NCBI GenBank assembly: GCA_965224705.1
Contig: OZ245056.1
Location: 608,001 to 672,000 of the forward strand
DNA: 64,000 nucleotides
DNA from: Spirochaetaceae bacterium
GTDB taxonomy: Bacteria > Spirochaetota > Spirochaetia > DSM-2461
Reading direction: 5' to 3'
Made by a program: the position numbers and the translations under genes. Positions 49,137-61,653 of this stretch are shown piece by piece. The notes beneath the pieces are model-generated. The model was not told the DNA's origin and searched no databases. It saw nothing but the letters and a program-made list of their open reading frames with translations. Every line of letters begins with the position of its first letter. The stretch's first letter is position 1.

Positions 49137-49382
49137 CTACTTTGCGTTAAGTTGCTCCTCAATAAAGGCTAACGCATCTCCCACTTTCTCAAATTCTGTG
49201 GCTTTTTCGTCTGGAACAGAAACACCAAGTTCCGAGTCGATTGCGTAAAGCAATTCATAGGTATCAAGGCTGTCAGCTCCTAAATCTTCACGAAATCGAG
49301 ATTCCAGCGTTATCTTATCCTTCTCAATCTCAAGCTTGTCCGCAATGAGGTCTTGCAACTTTGTAAAAAGCTCGTTACTCAT
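49137..49382 (-). CDS. acpP: Acyl carrier protein (housekeeping)
   Basis: DLGADSLDT; rpmF-acpP-rnc synteny. Confidence 0.96.
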   Translation of the reverse strand: MSNELFTKLQDLIADKLEIEKDKITLESRFREDLGADSLDTYELLYAIDSELGVSVPDEKATEFEKVGDALAFIEEQLNAK

Positions 49383-49407
49383 ATATTTTATTCTCCTTTG
49401 AAAATAA

Positions 49408-49596
49408 TCAATCCATGTTTTCAGATTTGATTATCTGCTTTCCTTTATAAAAGCCACATTTATGGCACACTCGGTGTAACATTATCCAACTACCACAATT
49501 AGCACAAGACACCAGGCTGGGTACAGCAATTCTCATATTGATTGATTGCCGACGGCGGCTTCGTGCCTTGGAAGTCTTATATTTGGGTACAGCCAT
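49408..49596 (-). CDS. rpmF: 50S ribosomal protein L32
   Basis: MAVPK...CANCG...HRVCHKCGFY. Confidence 0.96.
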   Translation of the reverse strand: MAVPKYKTSKARSRRRQSINMRIAVPSLVSCANCGSWIMLHRVCHKCGFYKGKQIIKSENMD

Positions 49597-49799
49597 AACA
49601 TTTCCTCGCTCTTCTCAGTACGGCTTCAAACTACAATTTACCGGGATTTTTGTCAAGTAGGTCTGGTGTTTCAAATCAATTATGGCACTTCTCAAAGACA
49701 ATCAGTTTTTAACTCAATCTTTTTCCCTGCTGCGGTATGTCAGAATGTTCAGGCAGGCGAAAACTTCTTCGCCAATCCCCTGAATCTGTTTGTATACTT

Positions 49800-51044
49800 C
49801 TAATTCATAACTCTCTCTTTGAGCGTCCCTTCTGTCATTCTCTCCACAGGGATTTGATTGACCCGTTTCTTCACCAGAATCCAATACTCATCGGAGGGTG
49901 CAGCACCTGCGGACCAGCGGCCTGGAGGTAATTTTTTTCTGTCAGTCTCCCAGATTACAACTCGGCGGGCAATCACAGCATCTGCATTTTCAAGTGTATG
50001 CAGAATATTTTTCCAGTTTCTATTATCCACGTTGAGACGCGGTACACTGTAAACCTCATCCAGCAGACCTGGAGGCTGTGCTGTTTTGTTATTGAAATCA
50101 AATCCTCCAATGAGCTGGCGATCATTGCGGGTCAAAGATGCGGCTGTTGCCTTCAATTCTGATCTTACAGTTTCTGATATTCCGTAGGGATAGGCGATAG
50201 TTTGTACACTCCGGGCTTCTCCACCAGCATATTCATCGATGAGTTCCCAACCAAGTAAGGCATCATGGATGAAGAATTCCAGTCCTGTATCACTAACAGG
50301 TTTATGACTCAGGGTGTGTAACCCAAGAATAAAATTCTTGTCCAGATACCGGATCTTCTCTTCAACGACAGGAATTCCGGGATAAGGAAATCCGGGATTC
50401 TCATGATCACCCAGCTGTCGAAACGGGATGGCATCAAAGGACACGTAAAAAGTGAAGTTGATTCTGTTATTCTCTTTTTTTGCGTACTTCTCGAGAATTG
50501 CCACCATGGAGTTCCGATTGAGTACCGGCCTGCCAAAAACTCGTTTTACCCTTCCTGTCAGCCTTTTTCCATGAGTCTGATATATCATTATGCCGTACGA
50601 AGCATCATCGGCCCCCATCACTATGGGTTTCAACCCTGTCGGCACCCGGGAAAAATCTCTGGAAAGATACTGATGATCGGCTATCAGATACCAGCCATTG
50701 TTATTGATATACTTCAACAGTTTTCGAAAACGTTCCGGGGTAAGAGAAAAATTGGTTTCATGCCCAATTTTATGGAAACCAAGAATTAATACTTCACCTT
50801 TGGAAGACTGTTCAGCCAGGAAGACAACGTGGCCCTCCCGGCGAATCATCCAGCTTTCATATCCTTTTTTCCAGGCAAGGTAATCATAAGGACTGACACC
50901 ACCGGGTACCTCAATTTTATCTTTCAGTATGGGTCGATTATATCGGTCAGTCGTATATTTCCAAAAAATATCCCTAGAATCAGCACAAACAGCAGAAGCT
51001 GTTAATACATGAACGCTGATCACAAGAAGAACTCTCTTCATCAA
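49800..51044 (-). CDS. Exported polysaccharide-deacetylase-like protein
   Basis: Signal peptide; ILGFHKI, KPIVMGADD, HTLSH, AYPYG. Confidence 0.7.
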   Translation of the reverse strand: MMKRVLLVISVHVLTASAVCADSRDIFWKYTTDRYNRPILKDKIEVPGGVSPYDYLAWKKGYESWMIRREGHVVFLAEQSSKGEVLILGFHKIGHETNFSLTPERFRKLLKYINNNGWYLIADHQYLSRDFSRVPTGLKPIVMGADDASYGIMIYQTHGKRLTGRVKRVFGRPVLNRNSMVAILEKYAKKENNRINFTFYVSFDAIPFRQLGDHENPGFPYPGIPVVEEKIRYLDKNFILGLHTLSHKPVSDTGLEFFIHDALLGWELIDEYAGGEARSVQTIAYPYGISETVRSELKATAASLTRNDRQLIGGFDFNNKTAQPPGLLDEVYSVPRLNVDNRNWKNILHTLENADAVIARRVVIWETDRKKLPPGRWSAGAAPSDEYWILVKKRVNQIPVERMTEGTLKERVMN

Positions 51045-52102
51045 TGCTTGTTTTTCTTCTTCTTTTTCCTGGCCTTTGCCCTGGCACGTTTATCAGTAGC
51101 CTCGGCAATTTCCTCTGCGGTTTGCCGCTTAACCGGTTCTGAAATTTGTCTGTCTGATTTCACCGGTGATCCTTTTATGCCGGAAGATACAGCAGGACTC
51201 GGATCGGCCAGAGTTGCCTTCACCCTCTTCACACCTCTATCGTGCCAGGCTAGAAGTATAGGCGAGGCAACAAAAATTGAGGAGTACGTTCCAACAATCA
51301 CCCCGATAACAAGACTCACTGCAAAAGTACGAATCGTACCGGTTGCAAAGATATAGATTGCCAGTACGGCTAATAGAGTTGTTATGGATGTGATTAAGGT
51401 ACGGCTCAAGGATTGAGATACGGAAAAATTGATAATCCTTTTGAAACTCATATCTTTTACGATTCGGGAATTCTCCCTGATTCTATCAAAAATGACGATT
51501 GTATCGTTCAATGAGTAACCGATGATTGTGAGTACTGCCGCAATAGTTGCCGTTGAAAACTCCAGCTGCAGGGCACCAATAAATCCCAGTAAAAACAACA
51601 CATCATGGAATACGGCTGCGATTGCTGATACAGCATAATTCAGTTTGAATCGTATCCAGACATAGAGGAGGATCAGGCCCAGAGCGATCAAAGTAACCCA
51701 GATAGTCTGCGCAGCCAGACTACTCGCAAAACTTGAACCAATGTATTCTTCACTGACAATGGATACACCGCTAAAACGGTTGTTGAGAAGTTTTGTAATC
51801 TCTGTCGAAGTTGTACGCTGGAAATCAGCCATGGAACCATCATCCGGGACTCTGATATTATAACGCCTGCCTTCGTTCCCAACAGTTTGAACCTGCGGCT
51901 TGAAGTCGGATAATTCTTCCCGGATCATTTCTTCATCGGACGATGATAATATATCCACGGTATAGTTTACACCGGCCTGAAAATCAATGCCAAAATTGAA
52001 TCCGCCAGAAAAATAGAGTGTGTAAATCCAGAATGAAACTATAACCAGCCCGGAAGCTATAAGAGCCGGGACACGATACTTCGTTATATTGAATTCTCTC
52101 AT
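51041..52102 (-). CDS. secF: Protein translocase subunit SecF
   Basis: GIDFQAG, IIGYSLNDTIVIFDRIRE, GTYSSIFVA. Confidence 0.96.
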   Translation of the reverse strand: MREFNITKYRVPALIASGLVIVSFWIYTLYFSGGFNFGIDFQAGVNYTVDILSSSDEEMIREELSDFKPQVQTVGNEGRRYNIRVPDDGSMADFQRTTSTEITKLLNNRFSGVSIVSEEYIGSSFASSLAAQTIWVTLIALGLILLYVWIRFKLNYAVSAIAAVFHDVLFLLGFIGALQLEFSTATIAAVLTIIGYSLNDTIVIFDRIRENSRIVKDMSFKRIINFSVSQSLSRTLITSITTLLAVLAIYIFATGTIRTFAVSLVIGVIVGTYSSIFVASPILLAWHDRGVKRVKATLADPSPAVSSGIKGSPVKSDRQISEPVKRQTAEEIAEATDKRARAKARKKKKKNKH

Positions 52103-53826
52103 TTAAGTCCCCATGCAATGCTGATCTTCTGACGTTTAAACCTTTCAGTTCCAACATCGAAAAAGAAACGGGAAACAAATAGTGCTGTAAATAGGGAACA
52201 ACCGATTCCCCAGGCCAGGGTAACAGCAAAACCTTGAATCGGTCCTTTCGCAAGCTGTGAAAGAAAGAGAGCTGCTATGAGGGTTGTTATCTGCGCATCC
52301 ATAACTGTCCAGAAAGCCTTCTTAAAACCGGTATCCACTGCGACTGAACGGCTTTTACCCAGCCTTAATTCTTCCTTGATTCTCTCGAAAATGATGACAT
52401 TGGCATCCACGGACATGCCAACTGTAAGGATAAGACCCGCAATGCTGGTCATTGTAAGTGTGAAATTGAAACTTGAGAGTAATGAGGTAAGCAGAAAAAG
52501 GTTTATGGCCAGGGCTGTATCGGCTATGATTCCTGCCCCTTTGTACCAGACAATCATGAAGATGAATACAGCTGCGAAACCAATAAGAATGGCCCGAATT
52601 CCAGATTGAATGGTATCTGCTCCCAGGGAGGCACCAACAGATTGCAGGTTTCGTACCCCCAGTTGTACTGGCAGGGAACCTGTACGGAGAACAACGGCAA
52701 GATCGTTGGCCTGATCATAATCGAAACCTGTCACACTCACGCTACCGCCAGCTATTGTTTCCGAAATCCTCGCATACGCCTTTACTTTGTCGTCAAGTAC
52801 AACGGCCATTGACTTCTGTACATTTTCCGATGTGAGATTCTGAAAAAGAGTTGCTCCCTCCGCATCGAGTCGGAAAGTAACCGTAGGCCTCAGGGTATTG
52901 GGGTCAGTTTCTGGTCTGGCCTCCCGGATATGAGTACCATCCAGCCCTGGAGTATCAGGCACCACAATCCAATCAATGAAGCGATCAATACCATAATTGT
53001 CCTTGGTATAGTATCCCATTACCACAAGTCCTTCGGCCAGAGTATCATTTTCAACTGGTCGGCCATCAACGATTTTTCCGCCCGTGGCCACATAATCCCT
53101 GACGGCTTGAGTCCCTTCGTCATCAACAATACGGAAACTCAGGGAACCCCGTCCCATCAGGAAGGAATTGATCCGGCCGGGATCGGCTTCACCAGGAATT
53201 TCTATAAGGATGGAATCATCAAGTTGTCTGCGGATCTGGGGTTCGGTAACCCCAAAAGTATCAATTCTATTATTGATAACTTCCAGAGCGGATTCCAGAG
53301 CTGCCGATCTATCATCTGCTGACAATACCTCAGTGGATTCGTTTTCAAGGGAAGTGAAATCCGGCTCCAGAACAACACTCAGTCCACCGGACAGATCCAA
53401 TCCCAGAGCAAGAATGCGATTCTTAGTGTTTTTCAGATCCAGAATTTTCTGGCGATTATAGTTTTCAATGGATGTTTGAATTTCATCGTAGTCACGGAAA
53501 CCATTGAGCACTGCGGCAAGGGTCCAGTCTTTTGGTACGCTTTCATCTTTTTGACGATAATGCTCCTTCGCCATAGTGAGTAAGAAATTGTACTCAACGG
53601 GTAAAGGCTCTTCCAACTTCACCGAATTACTTCCAAGTTCTTTGATTTCAGCTACAGTTTCAGCAGCATCATTCTCAGCCCAGAGTCTGATTTCTTCCCG
53701 CGTACTGTTTGCCAGAGATTTGGTTTCCCGGTCGATTAAAAAGTACCACTCAATTGTTGGATAAAGAAAAACCATCCCCAATCCCACACAGATCAGGATT
53801 AGAAACAGACGCATCAATTTGGTCAT
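52099..53826 (-). CDS. secD: Protein translocase subunit SecD
   Basis: LGLDLSGG, RIDTFGVTEP, GMSVDANVIIFERIKEE. Confidence 0.96.
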   Translation of the reverse strand: MTKLMRLFLILICVGLGMVFLYPTIEWYFLIDRETKSLANSTREEIRLWAENDAAETVAEIKELGSNSVKLEEPLPVEYNFLLTMAKEHYRQKDESVPKDWTLAAVLNGFRDYDEIQTSIENYNRQKILDLKNTKNRILALGLDLSGGLSVVLEPDFTSLENESTEVLSADDRSAALESALEVINNRIDTFGVTEPQIRRQLDDSILIEIPGEADPGRINSFLMGRGSLSFRIVDDEGTQAVRDYVATGGKIVDGRPVENDTLAEGLVVMGYYTKDNYGIDRFIDWIVVPDTPGLDGTHIREARPETDPNTLRPTVTFRLDAEGATLFQNLTSENVQKSMAVVLDDKVKAYARISETIAGGSVSVTGFDYDQANDLAVVLRTGSLPVQLGVRNLQSVGASLGADTIQSGIRAILIGFAAVFIFMIVWYKGAGIIADTALAINLFLLTSLLSSFNFTLTMTSIAGLILTVGMSVDANVIIFERIKEELRLGKSRSVAVDTGFKKAFWTVMDAQITTLIAALFLSQLAKGPIQGFAVTLAWGIGCSLFTALFVSRFFFDVGTERFKRQKISIAWGLK

Positions 53827-53847
53827 GTATTACATCTCCGATATGCG

Positions 53848-54249
53848 TTATTTCACATCTTCAGACGTTTTATCAGTCTTTTTCTCTTCAATGGAGGCCT
53901 TGCTTGAAGGAGCAGTTTCCTGAGTTGTACTACTGACATCAACAGAACCAATTGCTGTTTTGACAAACTCAAGTGTGGCTCCCTTGTGATCCACCTCGAC
54001 AACAACAGTTTTATCTGTGATGTTTTTCACTACTCCTTTTATACCTCCGATACTCGTTACCCGATCACCCTTTTTTATAGCTGCGAGCATGTTCTTTGTT
54101 TCTTTCTGCTTCTTTCGCTGGGGACGAATAATGAGAAGCCAGAAGACCGCAAAAACTGCGACTATCATGCCGATTTGAACCATGCTGCCCTGCGATGATC
54201 CACCAGAGCTGCCCGATGCAGCACCCAGGAGTAATGAAATATTTAACAT
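53848..54249 (-). CDS. yajC: Preprotein translocase subunit YajC
   Basis: LIIRPQRKKQK, GDRVTSIGGI. Confidence 0.95.
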   Translation of the reverse strand: MLNISLLLGAASGSSGGSSQGSMVQIGMIVAVFAVFWLLIIRPQRKKQKETKNMLAAIKKGDRVTSIGGIKGVVKNITDKTVVVEVDHKGATLEFVKTAIGSVDVSSTTQETAPSSKASIEEKKTDKTSEDVK

Positions 54250-54376
54250 TTATTTGCCTGCCTTAACAATGATACGTCCGAGTTTACACATCCAGACGCA
54301 ACTTGGATTATATTGAATATCGAGAAACCATAACATAACACAACAGGATTCGTCAATCAATTATCCGGGTTCTTAG

Positions 54377-54670
54377 TCAAATCACACGAACGCCGATTAT
54401 ACTGTCTGATGGCGGCTGCACTCCAAACACCCTGCTGAGATCTTCAATTTCATCATATTTTACTGGTGAAATGGAATTGAACTTCTCCAGAACTAATTCT
54501 GAGCCCCTGCGATCCTGATCAAATACGGCACTTCTGTATGCAACTTGAAACAAACCCTTCTCAGTCAATTCCTGTATGCTCAACTGCCTGTATCTGGAAC
54601 GAGACCGCTTATCGACAATGGCATGATTGCCATCAAAACCAATAGCAAAGACATATTCATCTCTTTTCAA
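54377..54670 (-). CDS. Hypothetical protein
   Basis: 97-aa ORF with GGAGG RBS before TTG. Confidence 0.6.
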   Translation of the reverse strand: MKRDEYVFAIGFDGNHAIVDKRSRSRYRQLSIQELTEKGLFQVAYRSAVFDQDRRGSELVLEKFNSISPVKYDEIEDLSRVFGVQPPSDSIIGVRVI

Positions 54671-54765
54671 GCATTCCTCCTGCCAGTCAATTAAGCCCTG
54701 ACACAGCAGATACAGCTGGAAATGCTTTATCTGCCGTGTTATTAATATGGATCAGTGTGATGAAA

Positions 54766-56424
<1,659 letters not shown>

Positions 56425-56516
56425 CTATTTATTAGGTATAAAATTAGATTATGGGTGTACTATGCCAATCGATAGCATTCTTCCCGGATAGAACATACAA
56501 AAAACATGAAAATTCA

Positions 56517-57230
56517 TCAAGAGAAATCGAAATCTCCACTATACACTGGAAATAAAGAATCATTTCCAGTATTCAACAACAGGGCTCCATCATTATTCAA
56601 ACCAGCAACATGCCCACAACAAATCTGTTTTCCCGCAGCATCACCCAGGATAATTTTCACCTTCCTGTTCTTATACGCCAGTCGATGTATCACTTCGCTG
56701 AGAGGGGCAGGGTGTTCCAGAAGCTGGTGAAATTCGCCAAGAATGCCCTTCAGCTCTTCCTCTGCGTCCACCCTGTAACCAAGAATTTCAGATATTCCTT
56801 TCGCCGGGGAACGCAGCCCGGCCGAGAAACTGCCCAATTCGAGATTCAATCCCATTCCAGCCAGAAAGTAATTCTTTTCCACCTCAATAAGGATGCCGGC
56901 AATCTTGTACCCGGACAGCAGAACATCGTTGGGCCATTTTATCTGAGGACTGAGGCTGTAGGATTTTTCAAGATGCATGCAGAGTGCGAGGGCAAGAACT
57001 TGAGTCAGAGGGTATTGGGTAACTGAAGATTTTTTATCAAGAAGAACTGTATACAGAAGGGATGAGACTCCATTCTCCCATTGACGTCCCTGTAATCTGC
57101 CCCTGCCGGCATTCTGTGTTTCAGCCAGACACACGGTTCCATGACCGTAGCCATTTCGTATGGCTTCCCGTGCATCATCCATGGTGGATCCCGTGACTTC
57201 TTTGCGGATTATATGAACAGGAAAGGACAT
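56517..57230 (-). CDS. birA: Biotin-protein ligase (no N-terminal HTH)
   Basis: GSTMD, QNAGRGR, KWPNDV, KIAGIL. Confidence 0.92.
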   Translation of the reverse strand: MSFPVHIIRKEVTGSTMDDAREAIRNGYGHGTVCLAETQNAGRGRLQGRQWENGVSSLLYTVLLDKKSSVTQYPLTQVLALALCMHLEKSYSLSPQIKWPNDVLLSGYKIAGILIEVEKNYFLAGMGLNLELGSFSAGLRSPAKGISEILGYRVDAEEELKGILGEFHQLLEHPAPLSEVIHRLAYKNRKVKIILGDAAGKQICCGHVAGLNNDGALLLNTGNDSLFPVYSGDFDFS

Positions 57231-57304
57231 ATGATGATTATACGGCTTGAAAGTCTTGTCTGTAAGGCCTGAAAAAAATATGCTTTAGAACTGATCCTGG
57301 AGGT

Positions 57305-58360
57305 TTGAAATTGTTAGCAGCAGTCATGGGAGCAACCGGTTACACTGGCCGTGTGCTTATGAGATTACTCATGGAACATCCCGCCGTGCATTCCATACTT
57401 CCTGTATCAACTTCAGCCGCCGGGGAGAAGGTTAGCAGACTTGATCCGGGATTTGGAGTGCATTTTTCTTCAAAACTCCCTGAAGATGGATGCTTTGTCA
57501 CTCGCAGGGAAGCCCTGTTGAGAAAACCTGATGCGGTATTCTCAGCACTCCCGGCGGGAGATTCAGCCCTTTTCTGTGAACCCTTTTTTGGTAAGGCCGT
57601 GGTGTTTGACCTTTCGGCAGACTTCCGCCTGAAGAATTCCATGAACCACGAATCGGCTTACGGGTGTCCTGCCCCATTCCCATCCTGGCGGGACAATGCT
57701 GTTTACGGTCTGACGGAGGTGAATCCCAGGAAGATTGCGGAAGCAGACATCATTGCTGTCCCCGGCTGCTATCCCACCTGTGTCCTGCTTCCGCTGATTC
57801 CCCTTGTACAGGCAGGGCACATAGCCGGTCATATAGTGGTCAATGCCCTGAGCGGAATATCCGGAGCCGGTAAAAAACCCGGCGAAAAAACCATGTTTGT
57901 AGAACGTGCTGAGAGTGCTGTGGCCTATAATCCTGGACGAACTCATCGGCATGTACCGGAAATGCAGCAAGCCCTGGAGGAGTATGACTACCAATACCCA
58001 TTGTTCTTTACCCCCCACCTTGTACCCATGAGGCGGGGCATGGAAGCAACCATTTGCACATCTCCCCTGGAGTCTTCCAGTGAAGAGGATATCACCCACA
58101 CACTGGAATCCTTCTATAGGGATTCCCCTTTTGTTCAACTGATCCGCCATGAAATACCGGATACAAGGAATGTTGTCGGTTCCAATCGATGTGATATTGG
58201 ATGGCGTATTGTGGACAGCCCAAAAGGAGGTAAGATGCTTTACATCTTCAGTACCATTGACAATCTGATGAAGGGCGCTTCCGGTCAGGCTGTGCAAAAT
58301 ATGAATGTTCGCTTTGGATTACCAGAAACGGATGGTTTACCTCTGATGGGTGAGGTATGA
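57305..58360 (+). CDS. argC: N-acetyl-gamma-glutamyl-phosphate reductase
   Basis: GATGYTG, DLSADFR, PGCYPT, SGISGAG, DNLMKGASGQA. Confidence 0.96.
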   Translation: MKLLAAVMGATGYTGRVLMRLLMEHPAVHSILPVSTSAAGEKVSRLDPGFGVHFSSKLPEDGCFVTRREALLRKPDAVFSALPAGDSALFCEPFFGKAVVFDLSADFRLKNSMNHESAYGCPAPFPSWRDNAVYGLTEVNPRKIAEADIIAVPGCYPTCVLLPLIPLVQAGHIAGHIVVNALSGISGAGKKPGEKTMFVERAESAVAYNPGRTHRHVPEMQQALEEYDYQYPLFFTPHLVPMRRGMEATICTSPLESSSEEDITHTLESFYRDSPFVQLIRHEIPDTRNVVGSNRCDIGWRIVDSPKGGKMLYIFSTIDNLMKGASGQAVQNMNVRFGLPETDGLPLMGEV

Positions 58361-59121
58361 AGGTTCTCAAAACAGGAGGCCGCATAGCCGATGATAACCG
58401 CCTCATATCTTTTCTGGCCGATGAATTAGCCTCAAGGCACAGGGACGGTGAGAAAACACTTCTCATTCATGGCGGCGGAAAAAGCATCAGTGCTCTCCAG
58501 GAGAAGTTTAATCTGACTCCAAATTTCATCCAGGGTCTTCGACAGACAACTTCCCAGGAAATGCCCCTGGTCGACATGGCCCTGTCAGGACTGGTCAACA
58601 AAAAACTGGTTCGTCTCTTTCATGCACGGGGTATTCCGGCCTGGGGCATGTGCGGAGCTGATGCCGGTATCCTGACCGGCAGGAGCGTTGCCCCCGATGG
58701 GGGAAAAAACCTCACCGGGCATGTAACGGAGGTTTCCATTGAACCGATCAAACTCCTGTGGAAGGAGAATTACTTTCCCATCCTCGCCCCGCCGGCCATG
58801 GATGCTGACAGCCATGCTTTGAATATCAATGCAGATGAAGCAGCCCTGTCGATGGCCATTGCCCTCAGAGCCTCACATCTGATTTTCATGTCAGATGTAC
58901 CGGGAGTTCTTCGGGATGGCCGTGTTATTAAAAAGATTACACCAAAAGAATCGGAAAAGCTTATTGAAGACGGAGTCGTGACTGGAGGAATGATTCCTAA
59001 ACTGAGATCCTCTGTTGCAGCTCTCAAAGCCGGAGTCGGCACTGTAATAATTGCAGCCTATGATGGAAACGGCTGCTTATCCAGGATACTGGAAGGAGAA
59101 TATGGAACAACGATCCGATAA
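58357..59121 (+). CDS. argB: Acetylglutamate kinase
   Basis: HGGGK, GLRQT, NINADEAA, GGMIPKL. Confidence 0.95.
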   Translation: MKVLKTGGRIADDNRLISFLADELASRHRDGEKTLLIHGGGKSISALQEKFNLTPNFIQGLRQTTSQEMPLVDMALSGLVNKKLVRLFHARGIPAWGMCGADAGILTGRSVAPDGGKNLTGHVTEVSIEPIKLLWKENYFPILAPPAMDADSHALNINADEAALSMAIALRASHLIFMSDVPGVLRDGRVIKKITPKESEKLIEDGVVTGGMIPKLRSSVAALKAGVGTVIIAAYDGNGCLSRILEGEYGTTIR

Positions 59122-60373
59122 GAATTACCACAGCAGGAATACAGCATTGGGAGCCGAAGTCATCAATCATCCCCTGCCTGATCAGTATGGAGAGAGATTA
59201 CTGGTTTTTGATCACGGAGAAGGATGTCGGCTGTACGATGAATCTGGCAGGGAGTACCTTGATATGGGTTCCGGTATAGCGGTTAATTCCCTTGGTTATG
59301 GACGGATTGATTTCGCCAAGATTGCTTATGAACAGATGAAGAAGCTTGTTCATGTGTCCAATCTTTACACAACAAGACCACAACTGGATCTGGCGGAAAG
59401 AGTTCTTGATTTAAGCAATTCCAGGGGTTTTCAGACAACATTCACGGCTGTGAATTTTGGCAACTCAGGGACTGAGGCCAATGAAGCCGCATTGAAATAT
59501 GCCCGTCTGTATGCACTTGCCCACAAAGGGTCCGGTCATCATCGATTCATTTCATTCGAGAATGCTTTTCATGGCCGCAGCATGGGATCTCTCAGTCTTA
59601 CAGCCAATCAGGCGTATAGAGAACCATTTGCCCCATTGATCCCCGGCTGTGAGATACTGCCGTTCAACGATGCAGCCGCTTTGAGAGAAACCCTGGACGA
59701 GAAGGTGGCAGGAGTTATTGTTGAACCCATTCAGGGAGAAGGCGGACTCGATAAACTCTCATCTGAATTCACAGAAGAATTGAACTCACTTTGCCGAAGA
59801 TATAATATTTTACTGATTGCAGATGAAGTTCAATCCGGTATCGGCCGCTGCGGAACATTGTTCGCCAGTGAAATAATGGGATTGGAGCCGGATATTATCA
59901 CTTTGGCCAAGGCATTTGCCGGAGGGCTTCCCCTGTCGGCCACCATTATCCCGGAGAAGGTTAATTCACTGTTGAAGCCGGGGCATCATGCCAGTACCTT
60001 TGGCGGCGGCCCGGTTACAACCAGAGTGGCTCTGAAGGTATGGGAAACCGTATCGGATCCCCTATTTCTCAGCGAGGTGAAACGCAAGGGGAAACGTATG
60101 GCCGATCTTCTCAGTCAGTGTCATGCGCCCGGAGAAGTGAGAGGAGCCGGTCTTCTCAGGGGTATCAAATTGAATCAAAAAAAGTATGATAGTGCCTGGT
60201 GCCTGAGAGTGATCAGCGCAATGAGGGACCGGGGAATCATCATCCTGAAAACCGGAGTGGATGTACTGCGATTAGCCCCTCCGCTTATTATTTCCGATGA
60301 GGAGATGGAGTATGGGGTTTCAACACTGGTAGAGGTTATGCAGGACCTCTCATTGGAAAAGGAAGATTTATGA
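59102..60373 (+). CDS. argD: Acetylornithine aminotransferase
   Basis: NSGTEANEAALK, FHGRS, EPIQGEGG, DEVQSG, LAKAFAGG; lies in the arg operon. Confidence 0.93.
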   Translation: MEQRSDKNYHSRNTALGAEVINHPLPDQYGERLLVFDHGEGCRLYDESGREYLDMGSGIAVNSLGYGRIDFAKIAYEQMKKLVHVSNLYTTRPQLDLAERVLDLSNSRGFQTTFTAVNFGNSGTEANEAALKYARLYALAHKGSGHHRFISFENAFHGRSMGSLSLTANQAYREPFAPLIPGCEILPFNDAAALRETLDEKVAGVIVEPIQGEGGLDKLSSEFTEELNSLCRRYNILLIADEVQSGIGRCGTLFASEIMGLEPDIITLAKAFAGGLPLSATIIPEKVNSLLKPGHHASTFGGGPVTTRVALKVWETVSDPLFLSEVKRKGKRMADLLSQCHAPGEVRGAGLLRGIKLNQKKYDSAWCLRVISAMRDRGIIILKTGVDVLRLAPPLIISDEEMEYGVSTLVEVMQDLSLEKEDL

Positions 60374-61647
60374 AAAACAGCAGCAAAGTCAAAAAGATAT
60401 GTCTGGCTTATTCAGGTGGACTGGATACGTCTATAATAATGCCATGGTTGAAGGAGAATTATAACAATCCGGACATCATTGCAGTATGCACAAATGTGGG
60501 TCAGAAGGAAGATTGGGATGCTGTAAAGAAAAAGGCCTACGCCTCGGGAGCCTCGAAGTACTTCCTTATTGACTGCCAGGAAGAATTTGTGAGTGAGTAC
60601 CTGTATCCAATGGCAAGAGCCGGGGCCGTCTACGAAGGCCAGTACCTTCTTGGAACGGCTATTGCACGGCCCCTTCAAGCAGGAAAACAGGTTGAAACAG
60701 CCCTGGCCGAAGGCTGTGATGCCCTGGCCCACGGCTGTACAGGCAAAGGAAACGACCAGGTACGCTTTGAGTTGACATATAAGGCCCTGGCCCCCCATCT
60801 TAAGGTTATTGCTCCCTGGCGGCTCTGGGACATACACAGCCGTGAGCAGGCCATTGCCTATGCCGAAGAAAAAAAACTTGATCTCGGTACAATTTCGGCA
60901 AAAAACATCTACAGCCGTGACTGGAACATGTGGCATATGAGTCATGAGGGGGGGCAGTTGGAAAACCCCTGGCAGGCACCGGACGAGGAAATGTTCCGCC
61001 TGTCAAAAAGTCCCCTGGAAGCACCGGACAAAACCGAGGAAATCACTATCGAATTCGAAAAAGGTATTCCTGTTGGACTGAACGGCAAAAAAATGAACGC
61101 CCTGCCCCTGCTGGCTGAACTCAACACTCTGGGAGCCGCCAATGGAATAGGCCGTGCCGATATCGTGGAAACCAGAATGATTGGGATGAAAAGCCGCGGC
61201 ATCTATGAAACACCGGGAGGAACAATTCTTCATACGGCCCTCAGGGATCTGGAAAGATTTACAATCAACTTTGATGCCCTGAACATCAAGCAGAAACTTG
61301 CCCAGTACTATTCAGATTTAGTGTATGCAGGAAAATGGTTCACAACGGCACGCATAGGACTGGAAACCTATATGGAATCCGTGACAGCCTACACAACCGG
61401 ATCGGTAAGAGTGTCCCTGTACAAAGGAAATGTCTCTGTTACCGGCCGTCAATCACCATACGCCCTGTACCTGGAAGATTTGGCCAGTTTTGGGGAGACC
61501 GGATATGATCATGCTGATGCAGAGGGATTCATAAATCTCTATGGATTGTCCACCGGAGTGACCGCCATGGTGCAAAAAGGTCTGGAAGATAGTTCGGGGC
61601 AGGCGGTAGCAATGAAACAGGTGGCGGCCAATTTCCATGATAAGTAA
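60370..61647 (+). CDS. argG: Argininosuccinate synthase
   Basis: LAYSGGLDTS, HGCTGKGNDQVRFE, GMKSRGIYETPGG. Confidence 0.98.
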   Translation: MKNSSKVKKICLAYSGGLDTSIIMPWLKENYNNPDIIAVCTNVGQKEDWDAVKKKAYASGASKYFLIDCQEEFVSEYLYPMARAGAVYEGQYLLGTAIARPLQAGKQVETALAEGCDALAHGCTGKGNDQVRFELTYKALAPHLKVIAPWRLWDIHSREQAIAYAEEKKLDLGTISAKNIYSRDWNMWHMSHEGGQLENPWQAPDEEMFRLSKSPLEAPDKTEEITIEFEKGIPVGLNGKKMNALPLLAELNTLGAANGIGRADIVETRMIGMKSRGIYETPGGTILHTALRDLERFTINFDALNIKQKLAQYYSDLVYAGKWFTTARIGLETYMESVTAYTTGSVRVSLYKGNVSVTGRQSPYALYLEDLASFGETGYDHADAEGFINLYGLSTGVTAMVQKGLEDSSGQAVAMKQVAANFHDK

Positions 61648-61653
61648 ATTCGA